Shown: one piece after another, positions 27,597 to 36,126 of the stretch
How the letters are laid out: every line of letters begins with the position of its first letter
Position numbering within the stretch: the first letter of the stretch is position 1
Assembly: GCA_022729705.1 (NCBI GenBank)
Contig: DZAX01000011.1
Span: 1,063 to 65,062, forward strand
DNA: 64,000 nt
DNA from: Helicobacter cetorum
Lineage (GTDB): Bacteria; Campylobacterota; Campylobacteria; Campylobacterales; UBA6016
Direction: 5' to 3'
The notes under the pieces: model-generated
The model's input: only the letters and a program-made list of their open reading frames with translations
Told to the model about the DNA's origin: nothing
The model's database searches: none
Position numbers and translations under genes: made by a program

Positions 27597-28439
27597 ATGT
27601 ACAAAAATAGACGAAAATTTGTAAACACATTAGTTTTGACGCTCTCAACAATGGCGGCTCTTCTTGGTATAGCGATACTATTTTGGATAATAGGCGTTTT
27701 ATTATTCAAGGGTTTAACGGTTATATCGCTTGATACATTTACGCAAGATGGCGTTCCTCCGGGAATGGAAGGCGGCGGTCTAAGACAAGCCCTTGTCGGA
27801 CACCTTATGCTAGTCGGCGTAGCGATGTCGATAGGAATACCTGTGGGTATGCTAGCGGGTACATATCTAAGCGAGTACGGTCAAAATTCCAGAATCGCCG
27901 GATTCGTTAGAGATATATCTGATATTATGATGTCTGCTCCTTCTATCGTTGTAGGCGTTTTTGTTTACGGTATCATGGTTGCTCCGGTACACCACTTCTC
28001 TGGATGGGCTGGAAGCGTAGCTCTTGCCATACTAGCTGTTCCGGTCATCATACGAACAACGGATGATATGCTTAGATTGGTGCCGCAAACACTTAGGGAG
28101 GCGGCGTATGCGCTGGGGGCTCCTAAGTGGAAAGTTATATTTCAAGTTGTTTACAAAGGTGCTTCGGTAGGTCTTATGACCGGCATACTTCTTGGTGTTG
28201 CAAGGGTTGCGGGTGAGACGGCTCCGCTACTATTCACATCGTTTAACAATAACTTTTTTAGTCTCAATATGAACGATTCTATGGCCTCTTTGACAGTTAC
28301 GATGTTTGGATACGCATCAAGTCCATACGAAGATTGGCAAAAACTTGGGTGGGCGGCAGCCTCTATACTAACGTTTGCCGTACTGTTTATCAATATTTTA
28401 AGTAGAGTTATTATGAAATTAAAAAAAGGTAGAAGGTAA
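27597..28439 (+). CDS. pstA: phosphate ABC transporter permease PstA
   Basis: 280 aa, polytopic. REAAYALGAPKWKVIFQVV. Follows pstC. Confidence 0.9.
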   Translation: MYKNRRKFVNTLVLTLSTMAALLGIAILFWIIGVLLFKGLTVISLDTFTQDGVPPGMEGGGLRQALVGHLMLVGVAMSIGIPVGMLAGTYLSEYGQNSRIAGFVRDISDIMMSAPSIVVGVFVYGIMVAPVHHFSGWAGSVALAILAVPVIIRTTDDMLRLVPQTLREAAYALGAPKWKVIFQVVYKGASVGLMTGILLGVARVAGETAPLLFTSFNNNFFSLNMNDSMASLTVTMFGYASSPYEDWQKLGWAAASILTFAVLFINILSRVIMKLKKGRR

Positions 28440-28442
28440 AAT

Positions 28443-29234
28443 ATGTCAACAATAGCAAATGTAAAAGAGACACTTGAGTTAGAAGTAAAAAACTTTAACT
28501 TTTACTATAAGGGTACTACGGAACCGAGCCTCAGAAATATCAATATGCCAATCGCAAAAAATAAAGTAACAGCGCTGATAGGTCCCTCAGGCTGTGGTAA
28601 AACAACGCTTCTAAGAGCTTTCAATAGAATTCACGACCTATACGCCGGAAATAGATACGAGGGCGAAATACTTTTTGAAGAGAATAAAAGAAATATTCTT
28701 TCTAACGATGTGGACTTGATTGATTTAAGACTACAAATCGGAATGATTTTTCAAAAACCAACTCCGTTTCCTATGAGTATATTTGATAATGTCGCATACG
28801 GGCTAAGACTTCAAGGGATTAAAAATAAATCAGAACTTGAGGGAAGAGTTGAGGCGGCCATTAAGGGTGCGGCTCTATGGGGCGAGGTGGAGAAAAGACT
28901 ACACGCCGACGGCAACTCGCTCTCGGGCGGACAACAACAAAGATTATGTATCGCAAGAGCCGTAGCGGTTGAGCCAAAAGTACTGCTATTTGACGAGCCA
29001 ACTTCTGCTCTTGACCCAATATCAACACTTGCGGTTGAGAAACTTATTATAGAGCTAAAAGAGAGATTGACCGTAATCATCGTAACACACAATATGCAAC
29101 AAGCGGCAAGGGTGTCTGATTATACGGCGTTTATGTACATAGGAGACTTGATTGAGCTTGGTCAAACAGAAGAGCTATTTATAAATCCTGCCGAAAAACT
29201 AACAGAAGAGTACATCACCGGTAAATTTGGTTGA
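28443..29234 (+). CDS. pstB: phosphate ABC transporter ATP-binding protein PstB
   Basis: 263 aa. Walker [10 protein letters not shown], signature LSGGQQQRL, Walker [12 protein letters not shown], and the PstB-typical NFYY near the N-terminus. Confidence 0.95.
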   Translation: MSTIANVKETLELEVKNFNFYYKGTTEPSLRNINMPIAKNKVTALIGPSGCGKTTLLRAFNRIHDLYAGNRYEGEILFEENKRNILSNDVDLIDLRLQIGMIFQKPTPFPMSIFDNVAYGLRLQGIKNKSELEGRVEAAIKGAALWGEVEKRLHADGNSLSGGQQQRLCIARAVAVEPKVLLFDEPTSALDPISTLAVEKLIIELKERLTVIIVTHNMQQAARVSDYTAFMYIGDLIELGQTEELFINPAEKLTEEYITGKFG

Positions 29235-29251
29235 TTTTACAATAGCCAAAA

Positions 29252-29350
29252 ACTAAACTCTCCCGCATATGCGGGTAGCTTTAGGGGATTGCAAAGGACA
29301 ATTTTGTCCTTGCCGCCAAGATGGGCTTTGCCCATCTTGGTGCGTACCAT
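29252..29350 (+). repeat. structured MITE-like repeat, copy 3 (5' truncated)
   Basis: CCCGCATATGCGGG, AAGGACAATTTTGTCCTT, CCAAGATGGGCTTTGCCCATCTTGG, GTGCGTA. It lacks the 5' outer arm. Confidence 0.8.
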
Positions 29351-29356
29351 ATGGTG

Positions 29357-29647
29357 TCATTTTTTTATTTTATCTTCCACGTAGTTAAACACCGTTAAGC
29401 CTCTATTAAGATAGCCTGTTTGAAGAGTAAAAATCTCTTTAAAAACATTCAAAAAACCCAAAAATGGTACAAGCCACAAAATAGCGATTTTGCCAACATT
29501 TGCTTTTGCCTCATACGAGCTAATTAGATGAAGCACCTCAGCTTCAGACAAATTGGACGCCTTATACAGACCAAAGCCAACCGTTGAAGCTATATTTAGT
29601 AAAATCCCAAATGCAAGATAGTTTTGATAGCTCTCTATTACTTCCAA
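29357..29647 (-). CDS. small membrane protein, function unknown
   Basis: 96 aa with two predicted TM segments. Last gene of a three-gene minus-strand unit with the DHH phosphoesterase. Confidence 0.5.
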   Translation of the reverse strand: MEVIESYQNYLAFGILLNIASTVGFGLYKASNLSEAEVLHLISSYEAKANVGKIAILWLVPFLGFLNVFKEIFTLQTGYLNRGLTVFNYVEDKIKK

Positions 29648-29648
29648 A

Positions 29649-30674
29649 TCACACGCCTTTCATTATTAATTCAATAGCTTTTTTGTACTCAGCGTAAGTA
29701 AAAAACTCTTTGACAGTGTTTGCTCTACCGCCGCTTGCATTTTTATGTCCGCCGCCGCCAAAAAGCGTTTTTGCTATTTCGCTAACGTCTGCTTTGTTAT
29801 TTGAGCGTAGCGATACGTTTCCTTTTGACGATACGTCAATAAAAAAATCATACTCTTCATTTTGTGTTAAAAAACCGTTTGCAATAACGGATACATTGCC
29901 TATTGACACAGTCAAAAAGCCGACATAACCGTCATACTCTACGCTAAACTCATCTTTTTTCATAGATAAAAGAGAAATAACGTATCTGCTTGACAAATTG
30001 TCTATCGTATCGTTTTTGGCGTCACCCTTTAAAAAATCTTTTTTTATAAAGTGTATAGCGTCGTCTAGTTTTATATTTGCAAGCTCCTCACCTAAAAACT
30101 CTTTTGCTCTCGTAAGCGCGTAGAGTTTGTATTGTACGCTTTCGTTTGGAAAGATAAGCTTGTGCAACTCTCTAGTCTCAGTCGTAAGGCGCATAAGTGT
30201 TTTACCAAACTCAAATAAAGGCTCCTCTTCGCACCATAAATCTATAGCGTTAATAGCCTCCACTAGAAGCGTCATCGAGTCGCTTATTACGCCAAAATAT
30301 TCGTATGTAAGCTTTGTCGCACATTTGAAGTTATCAAGCTTGTACCAATCAAACTCTTTTGCCTGCGCCTCTCCGCTAATATGATGATCTAAAAGTTGAA
30401 ACTTTAAATTAAAGCCGTTTGTTTTTAACGCTCTAATCTTGTCATCCAAAAATCTACAATCTTGTACAGTTAGATTAAGGTCTGTTATCAAAAAAAGCGT
30501 CTCTTCCTCTTTTTGGCAAGTCGTCTCAATTTCTGCAACTATCTGCTTTAGCCTAGCGTGTATCTCGTTTCCATAGTTTGAATTAAAAAAACGGGCGTTT
30601 TTTATAAACCTAGAAGATATTAGCTGGCAACCGTAGCCGTCTAAATCGGTATGAGATAAGTGAAAGAGCTTCAT
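29649..30674 (-). CDS. DHH/DHHA1-family phosphoesterase
   Basis: 341 aa. N-terminal SHTDLDGYGC (DHH motifs I/II) and C-terminal GGGHKNASG (DHHA1). Confidence 0.75.
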   Translation of the reverse strand: MKLFHLSHTDLDGYGCQLISSRFIKNARFFNSNYGNEIHARLKQIVAEIETTCQKEEETLFLITDLNLTVQDCRFLDDKIRALKTNGFNLKFQLLDHHISGEAQAKEFDWYKLDNFKCATKLTYEYFGVISDSMTLLVEAINAIDLWCEEEPLFEFGKTLMRLTTETRELHKLIFPNESVQYKLYALTRAKEFLGEELANIKLDDAIHFIKKDFLKGDAKNDTIDNLSSRYVISLLSMKKDEFSVEYDGYVGFLTVSIGNVSVIANGFLTQNEEYDFFIDVSSKGNVSLRSNNKADVSEIAKTLFGGGGHKNASGGRANTVKEFFTYAEYKKAIELIMKGV

Positions 30675-30931
30675 TATTTAGAAAAGAGCTCTGGATTCTC
30701 TTTTTTGACATATTCGACTACTTTTATTATTTCATCAATTCCAAGCATACCGTCATCATCGCCAAAAACTTCGTCTATAGCGTCAAGATATATCTCCGCC
30801 GCATCGTCTAGTCTATTTTTTTTGACTCCCGCAAAATATAGAGCCGCCCTTAACATCTCCTGAAGCACGGCGCTCATCTCTTCTAATGTTACGTCGTCTT
30901 CATTTTCTTGATTGTGTTCATGTTTTGCCAC
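30674..30931 (-). CDS. small acidic protein, function unknown
   Basis: 85 aa, strongly acidic. Its stop overlaps the DHH gene start by 1 nt. Confidence 0.5.
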   Translation of the reverse strand: MAKHEHNQENEDDVTLEEMSAVLQEMLRAALYFAGVKKNRLDDAAEIYLDAIDEVFGDDDGMLGIDEIIKVVEYVKKENPELFSK

Positions 30932-31078
30932 TCTGCGCTCGCTTTAAATTAAATTTTCATATTTTACTTAAAAGCTACTTTTACTTTTGAAACTTCCAGT
31001 CGCCGTAACAGTTTTGTAAAAAGCTCCGCCTATAATTGGAATTCGGACAGTAAACGCTATAATAAATAGGTTATAACA

Positions 31079-33310
31079 ATGAAACATCATCCAATGTCTC
31101 CTAACGGTTTAGACGACGTTAGCAAAAACAACTCAGGCAATCAAGGTCTTGAAGGGATAATCCAGGAGAGAATATCAAGAAGAACGGTATTAAAAGGCAG
31201 CTTAGTTTTGGCGGCTAGTAGTTTTATGGGCATAAGCCTAACTGGTTGCGGCGGAGATGACGCAAGTGCCACGACCACTTCAACTCCTGCTGCTGCGGCG
31301 TTTAGCCTTGGCTTTAGCGCCGTATCAAAAAGCGTTGCCGATGCGCTAAGCATACCAACGGGATACACACATAAGGTATTATTTAGCCTTGGCGACCCAA
31401 TAAACTCTTCGACATCCACATACGCAAACGATGGCACAGAGAGCGGTTCAAGCTTTAACTATAGAGCAGGTGACCACCACGATGGAATGATATACTTCGG
31501 TTTAAACAGCGCGGGAGCCGCAAAAGATTCTTCAAGCTCAACTAGGGGCTTATTATGTATGAATCACGAAAACATAACTCAGCTATTTTTACATACGGCC
31601 TCAGAAGTTGCGGCTGGACTAAGCGCAGCCGGAAGACTAAGCGCCTCCCAGATAGACAAAGAAGTTAACGCTCACGGCGTATCCATCATTGAAGTTGCAA
31701 AAAGCGGCTCCTCTTTTGAAATAAATAAAAGCTCTTCTTATAACAAAAGAGTAACGGCGACAACAGAGATGGATATTTACGGAGCCGCAAAGGGCAACGC
31801 TCTTATACAAACGAAATTCTCCCCTACCGGAGTAAAAACGAGAGGAACTCTAAATAACTGTGCCAGTAACATGACTCCCTGGGGAACATACCTAACATGT
31901 GAAGAGAACTGGGCCGGTTATTTTAAAACCCCTGCAAGCTCTACGCTAGGAACTAAAGAGAAAGCGGCGCAAGAGAGATATATCGGCTCATCAGCCTCAA
32001 ACGGCTCTTACGGCTGGGCAAACCCGCCTGCGACGACTACAGATACAGACGGCTTGTACACTAGATGGAACATTATACCAACAGGCGCATCCGCGACGGA
32101 AGACTATAGAAACGCCGCAAACAATATGGGTTGGGTGGTTGAACTAGATCCTTACAATCCAAGCTCTACGCCTAGAAAAAGAACGACTATGGGAAGATTT
32201 GCGCACGAAACAGCCTCTCCGGCAAAAGCTGTAGTGGGCAAACCTGTGGTATTTTATATGGGCGACGACGCTAGAAGCGAATACGTCTACAAATACGTCT
32301 CAAACAAAAACTGGGAAGCGGCGGATGCGACTACAGGCGGTCTAGCTACAGGGGATAAATACCTAGACGACGGCAAACTATACGTAGCCAAATTTAATTC
32401 CGACGGAACTGGTACTTGGATAGAACTAACTATTTCTAACTCTGCGATAGCTACATACTCAAAATATACGTTTGCAAATCAAGGCGACGTAGCGATAAAC
32501 AGCAGACTAGCCGCCGATGCGGTAGGTGCAACGCACATGGATAGACCGGAGTGGCTTAATATACATCCGGTAACGGGAGATATATATGTAACTCTTACCA
32601 ATAACTCAAACAGAGGAAAAACAGGCTCAAACGGTATGCCTCTAGACCCTGCAAACCCTAGATATTACACTGACGCAAAAGGCTCTTCGAAAAGCTCCGG
32701 AAATGTAAACGGACACATTATGAGAATGCAAGAAAACGGCGGCGACAATACGGCTAGCGCGTTTAAATGGGATATATATTTATTTGGAGCGCAAGCTGAT
32801 GCGGATCCAAAAAATATAAACCTCTCTTCGCTAACAAACGACAACGATTTCTCAAGTCCGGACGGATTGGCGTTTAGTCAAGCAAAACCGGGTCTTATGT
32901 GGATTCAAACGGACGACGGCGCATATACGGACGTTACAAACTGTATGATGCTTGCGGCTCTTCCGGGAAGCTACGGCGACGGTGCTAGCGTATCCATCAC
33001 AAATACCGCCGTTCCAAATGCTTCAAGCGCAAACCAAACAATTACAACATATATGGGTAAAGCCGCTTCAACGTCGACGCTAAAAAGATTTTTGGTAGGT
33101 CCTAAAGGGTGTGAAATCACTGGTATCGCCGAAACTCCGGACGGTAAAACGATATTTGTAAATATCCAACACCCTGGTGAGGACACATCTACGGCAGATA
33201 TAGCCAATCCGACAAACTATCAAAGCCACTGGCCAAAAGGGGGCAGCGCTAGACCTCAGTCTTCGACGATAGTTATCACAAAAGACGACGGCGGTATAGT
33301 AGGCTCATAA
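31079..33310 (+). CDS. phoX: PhoX-family alkaline phosphatase with a Tat signal peptide
   Basis: 743 aa. Twin-arginine motif SRRTVLKGSLVLAASS. DUF839/PhoX-like beta-propeller features (CMNHEN, NNCASNMTPWGTYLTCEEN, MDRPEW, FSSPDGLAF). Confidence 0.75.
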   Translation: MKHHPMSPNGLDDVSKNNSGNQGLEGIIQERISRRTVLKGSLVLAASSFMGISLTGCGGDDASATTTSTPAAAAFSLGFSAVSKSVADALSIPTGYTHKVLFSLGDPINSSTSTYANDGTESGSSFNYRAGDHHDGMIYFGLNSAGAAKDSSSSTRGLLCMNHENITQLFLHTASEVAAGLSAAGRLSASQIDKEVNAHGVSIIEVAKSGSSFEINKSSSYNKRVTATTEMDIYGAAKGNALIQTKFSPTGVKTRGTLNNCASNMTPWGTYLTCEENWAGYFKTPASSTLGTKEKAAQERYIGSSASNGSYGWANPPATTTDTDGLYTRWNIIPTGASATEDYRNAANNMGWVVELDPYNPSSTPRKRTTMGRFAHETASPAKAVVGKPVVFYMGDDARSEYVYKYVSNKNWEAADATTGGLATGDKYLDDGKLYVAKFNSDGTGTWIELTISNSAIATYSKYTFANQGDVAINSRLAADAVGATHMDRPEWLNIHPVTGDIYVTLTNNSNRGKTGSNGMPLDPANPRYYTDAKGSSKSSGNVNGHIMRMQENGGDNTASAFKWDIYLFGAQADADPKNINLSSLTNDNDFSSPDGLAFSQAKPGLMWIQTDDGAYTDVTNCMMLAALPGSYGDGASVSITNTAVPNASSANQTITTYMGKAASTSTLKRFLVGPKGCEITGIAETPDGKTIFVNIQHPGEDTSTADIANPTNYQSHWPKGGSARPQSSTIVITKDDGGIVGS

Positions 33311-33342
33311 AAAACTACGCTTCACGCTTCACGTTCCAAAAA

Positions 33343-33373
33343 CAGGGTTGCAAAAAATTAGCAACCCTGTTTT
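33343..33373 (+). terminator. rho-independent terminator after phoX
   Basis: CAGGGTTGC-aaaaaatta-GCAACCCTG followed by TTTT, 33 nt after the phoX stop. Confidence 0.7.
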
Positions 33374-33478
33374 ACTTCTATTTTTGCACATCTTAAAAAT
33401 ACGCTTAAAGCCGTTTTTACCTTGCTTTGAGTAAAATCATAACATATTTAAAAAACCTACAAAAGAAAGCGGCGTTTT

Positions 33479-33883
33479 ATGTTTGGAATTGATTTAGGCT
33501 CTTTCATTATTATCATGATTGTGGCTATTATATTTTTAGGTCCGGAGAAGCTTCCGGGGATGATTGTGCAGGTTGTGAAGTTTTTTAGAAGTGTCAAAAA
33601 TACGGTACAAGAGGCAAAAGAGAGCATAGAAAAAGAGATAGATTTGCACGAGCTCAAAAACACCGCTTTAGAGTACAAAGAGAAAGTGGAGAAGCTTACA
33701 AACAATCTAAACACTCCCTCTAGTATGTATGACAACAAACATGTGAGCGATATGTTTGGCGACATAACAAAAGATTTTAAAGAGATAGAAGAAAATCTCA
33801 AAAAAGAGATAAGCACTCCGCTTGATAGCGCCCCAAAGCAACTTGAAAACGCAGTAAAAGAGGAAGTTAAAAAAGATGCTTGA
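33479..33883 (+). CDS. tatB: twin-arginine translocase subunit TatB (TatA/B/E family)
   Basis: 134 aa. MFGIDLGSFIIIMIVAIIFLGPEKLP, then an amphipathic helix. Overlaps the tatC start. Confidence 0.75.
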   Translation: MFGIDLGSFIIIMIVAIIFLGPEKLPGMIVQVVKFFRSVKNTVQEAKESIEKEIDLHELKNTALEYKEKVEKLTNNLNTPSSMYDNKHVSDMFGDITKDFKEIEENLKKEISTPLDSAPKQLENAVKEEVKKDA

Positions 33884-34610
33884 GGATTTAAAACCGCATA
33901 TAGCTGAACTCAGGGATAGGCTTATTAAATGCGTTCTTGTCATAGCAATTGCATTTTTTGCCTGTTTCGCCGTTTGGGAGCCTATCATGGAGTGGGTCAC
34001 TATGCCGCTTAAAGAGGCGATGCCAAAAGGCGGCGACGTGATAGCCGTAAAGATGGGCGAGCAGTTTTTTACAGCCGTTAGCGTTTCATTTTTTGCCTCT
34101 CTTATTATCTCACTTCCGGTTATTTTTTATCACCTTTGGTCTTTTTTGGCTCCTGGTTTGTACGAGAATGAGAAAAAATATATTATGCCTTTTGTCACAG
34201 GGGCTACGGGTATGTTTATTGCGGGTGCGCTTTTTGCCTATTACTTTGTATTTCCGGTCGGTTTTGCCTTTCTTGTAAATTTCGGCGGTGAGCAGACTAC
34301 TGCGATGATTAGTATTGCGGAGTATTTGGGCTTTTTCCTAAAACTGATGTTTGGATTTGGACTCTCCTTTGAGCTTCCAGTGGTCGCCGCCTTGCTTGCT
34401 TTTTTTGGGCTTGTAGACGATAGACAGATGAAAGCCTCTTTTCGTTACGCCATCGTTATTATCTTTATCGTAGCCGCAGTTCTTACGCCGCCGGATGTTA
34501 TGAGTCAGCTTATGATGGCGATTCCTATGATTTTGCTATACGGCGCGGCGATAGTGATAGTAAAGATGATAAATCCGGCTCCAAAAGAAGAAGGTGCAAA
34601 AGCTGCTTGA
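33876..34610 (+). CDS. tatC: twin-arginine translocase subunit TatC
   Basis: 244 aa, six TM segments. HIAELRDRLIK and LTPPDVMSQ are conserved TatC segments. Confidence 0.92.
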   Translation: MLEDLKPHIAELRDRLIKCVLVIAIAFFACFAVWEPIMEWVTMPLKEAMPKGGDVIAVKMGEQFFTAVSVSFFASLIISLPVIFYHLWSFLAPGLYENEKKYIMPFVTGATGMFIAGALFAYYFVFPVGFAFLVNFGGEQTTAMISIAEYLGFFLKLMFGFGLSFELPVVAALLAFFGLVDDRQMKASFRYAIVIIFIVAAVLTPPDVMSQLMMAIPMILLYGAAIVIVKMINPAPKEEGAKAA

Positions 34611-35625
34611 CCCTACCCTAACCTCTTCTTACGACTACCAACTGCCGCCCGAAAGAATAGCCGCATATCCGATAAATCCAAGGAGTGCGGCAAAACTACT
34701 AGTTGTGGATAGAAAGAGCGGCGCCGTCACACACTCCACAATCTCAAAAATAGATGATTTTTTGCCGCAAAATACCAAAATAATAACCAACGATACAAAA
34801 GTAATCAAAGCACGCATTTTTGGACATAAACAAAGCGGCGGAAAAATAGAGTGCGTCGTCGTAAAACCTCTTACAAACGGCTCATTTTTGGCGTTAATGC
34901 GCGGAAGAATAAAAGTCGGCGAAAAGGTTTTTTTTGACAACAACCTCTCTCTTGAAGTCATGCGGCTTTTGGAGGACGGAAGCAGGGAGGTTCGCTTTTT
35001 TGACCATAGCGAAGAGCTTGATTTTTACCAGCTAATAGAGAAACTGGAGAAAATTGGTCATATCCCACTCCCGCCATATATCCACAGGGCGGACGAAAAA
35101 AGCGACGAAACAGACTATCAAAGCCGTTTTGCCAAAAATCCCGGAAGCGTCGCAGCCCCAACCGCTTCTTTGCATTTTGACGAAGAGCTTTTGTCAAAAC
35201 TTAGGCAAAAATACGATTTTTACGAACTTACGTTACATGTCGGGCTTGGCACATTCAAATCTGTGGAAGCCGAGGCGCTAAAGGGGCATCTTATGCACTC
35301 TGAATATTTTAACATACCACCGCACACCGCAAAACTGCTAGAATCAGACGTAAAGCTTTTATGTATCGGAACGACGGCGACTAGAACGGTCGAATTTTTC
35401 CACCGTTCAAAACAAGTCGAGGGCGAATGCGATATTTTCATCAACCCGCAAAATCCGCCGCAAAGAGTGGATATGCTGCTTACAAACTTTCACCTGCCAA
35501 AATCGACGCTTATTATGCTCGTATCCGCTTTTTTGGGGCTAGAGAAGACGCTTGAGATATACAAAGAAGCCATAGAGAAAGAGTATCGCTTTTTTAGTTA
35601 TGGCGACGCTATGCTGTTGATATAA
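34594..35625 (+). CDS. queA: tRNA preQ1(34) S-adenosylmethionine ribosyltransferase-isomerase
   Basis: 343 aa. YDYQLPPERIA, GHIPLPPYI, VAAPTASLHF, TNFHLPKSTL. Confidence 0.92.
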   Translation: MQKLLDPTLTSSYDYQLPPERIAAYPINPRSAAKLLVVDRKSGAVTHSTISKIDDFLPQNTKIITNDTKVIKARIFGHKQSGGKIECVVVKPLTNGSFLALMRGRIKVGEKVFFDNNLSLEVMRLLEDGSREVRFFDHSEELDFYQLIEKLEKIGHIPLPPYIHRADEKSDETDYQSRFAKNPGSVAAPTASLHFDEELLSKLRQKYDFYELTLHVGLGTFKSVEAEALKGHLMHSEYFNIPPHTAKLLESDVKLLCIGTTATRTVEFFHRSKQVEGECDIFINPQNPPQRVDMLLTNFHLPKSTLIMLVSAFLGLEKTLEIYKEAIEKEYRFFSYGDAMLLI

Positions 35626-35732
35626 ATGGTACGCTAAGACGAGTGAAGCCCGTCTTTAGCTACGTTAGCCACTGTGGCACTGAAGCTAGCCGCATTATGC
35701 AGCAGAATTGGTTTGTATCACACCCTGTTGTT

Positions 35733-36122
35733 TTACCCCCTAAACTCGCTCCAACGCCTCAAAATCACTAACGCCGCCAAACTATCAGCCCTACCGTCTT
35801 TTGTCTTTGTAAAGCCGCCGCCAACCTCCTCTAACGCCTCTCTTGAACTGCCAAATTCATCTACATACACAACCTCGCCCGTATACGTGAGCAAAGATAC
35901 AAAATGCCTTATACGCCGCCCCATCTCCTCTTCGCTAGAGCCGCCTTTTGGAAGCCCTACAATAAGCTTTGATGCATTTTTTGCTTTTAGCATAGCAGAC
36001 ACATCGCTTGCGGCTTGGTTTCTATTTTTTCGCATTATCGGCTCGCTCGCAAGGGCTATGCCCGCCACTAGCGTCGCTACGCCTATTCTTTTCAGTCCTA
36101 CGTCGATAGCCACAGTACTCAA
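35733..36122 (-). CDS. ruvX: Holliday-junction-resolvase-like nuclease RuvX/YqgF
   Basis: VAIDVGLKRIGVA and LIVGLPKG are YqgF motifs. The track ORF (to 36182) overlaps valS by 56 nt. I prefer the TTG at comp(36120..36122), just after the valS stop. Confidence 0.65.
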   Translation of the reverse strand: MSTVAIDVGLKRIGVATLVAGIALASEPIMRKNRNQAASDVSAMLKAKNASKLIVGLPKGGSSEEEMGRRIRHFVSLLTYTGEVVYVDEFGSSREALEEVGGGFTKTKDGRADSLAALVILRRWSEFRG

Positions 36123-36126
36123 TTTT

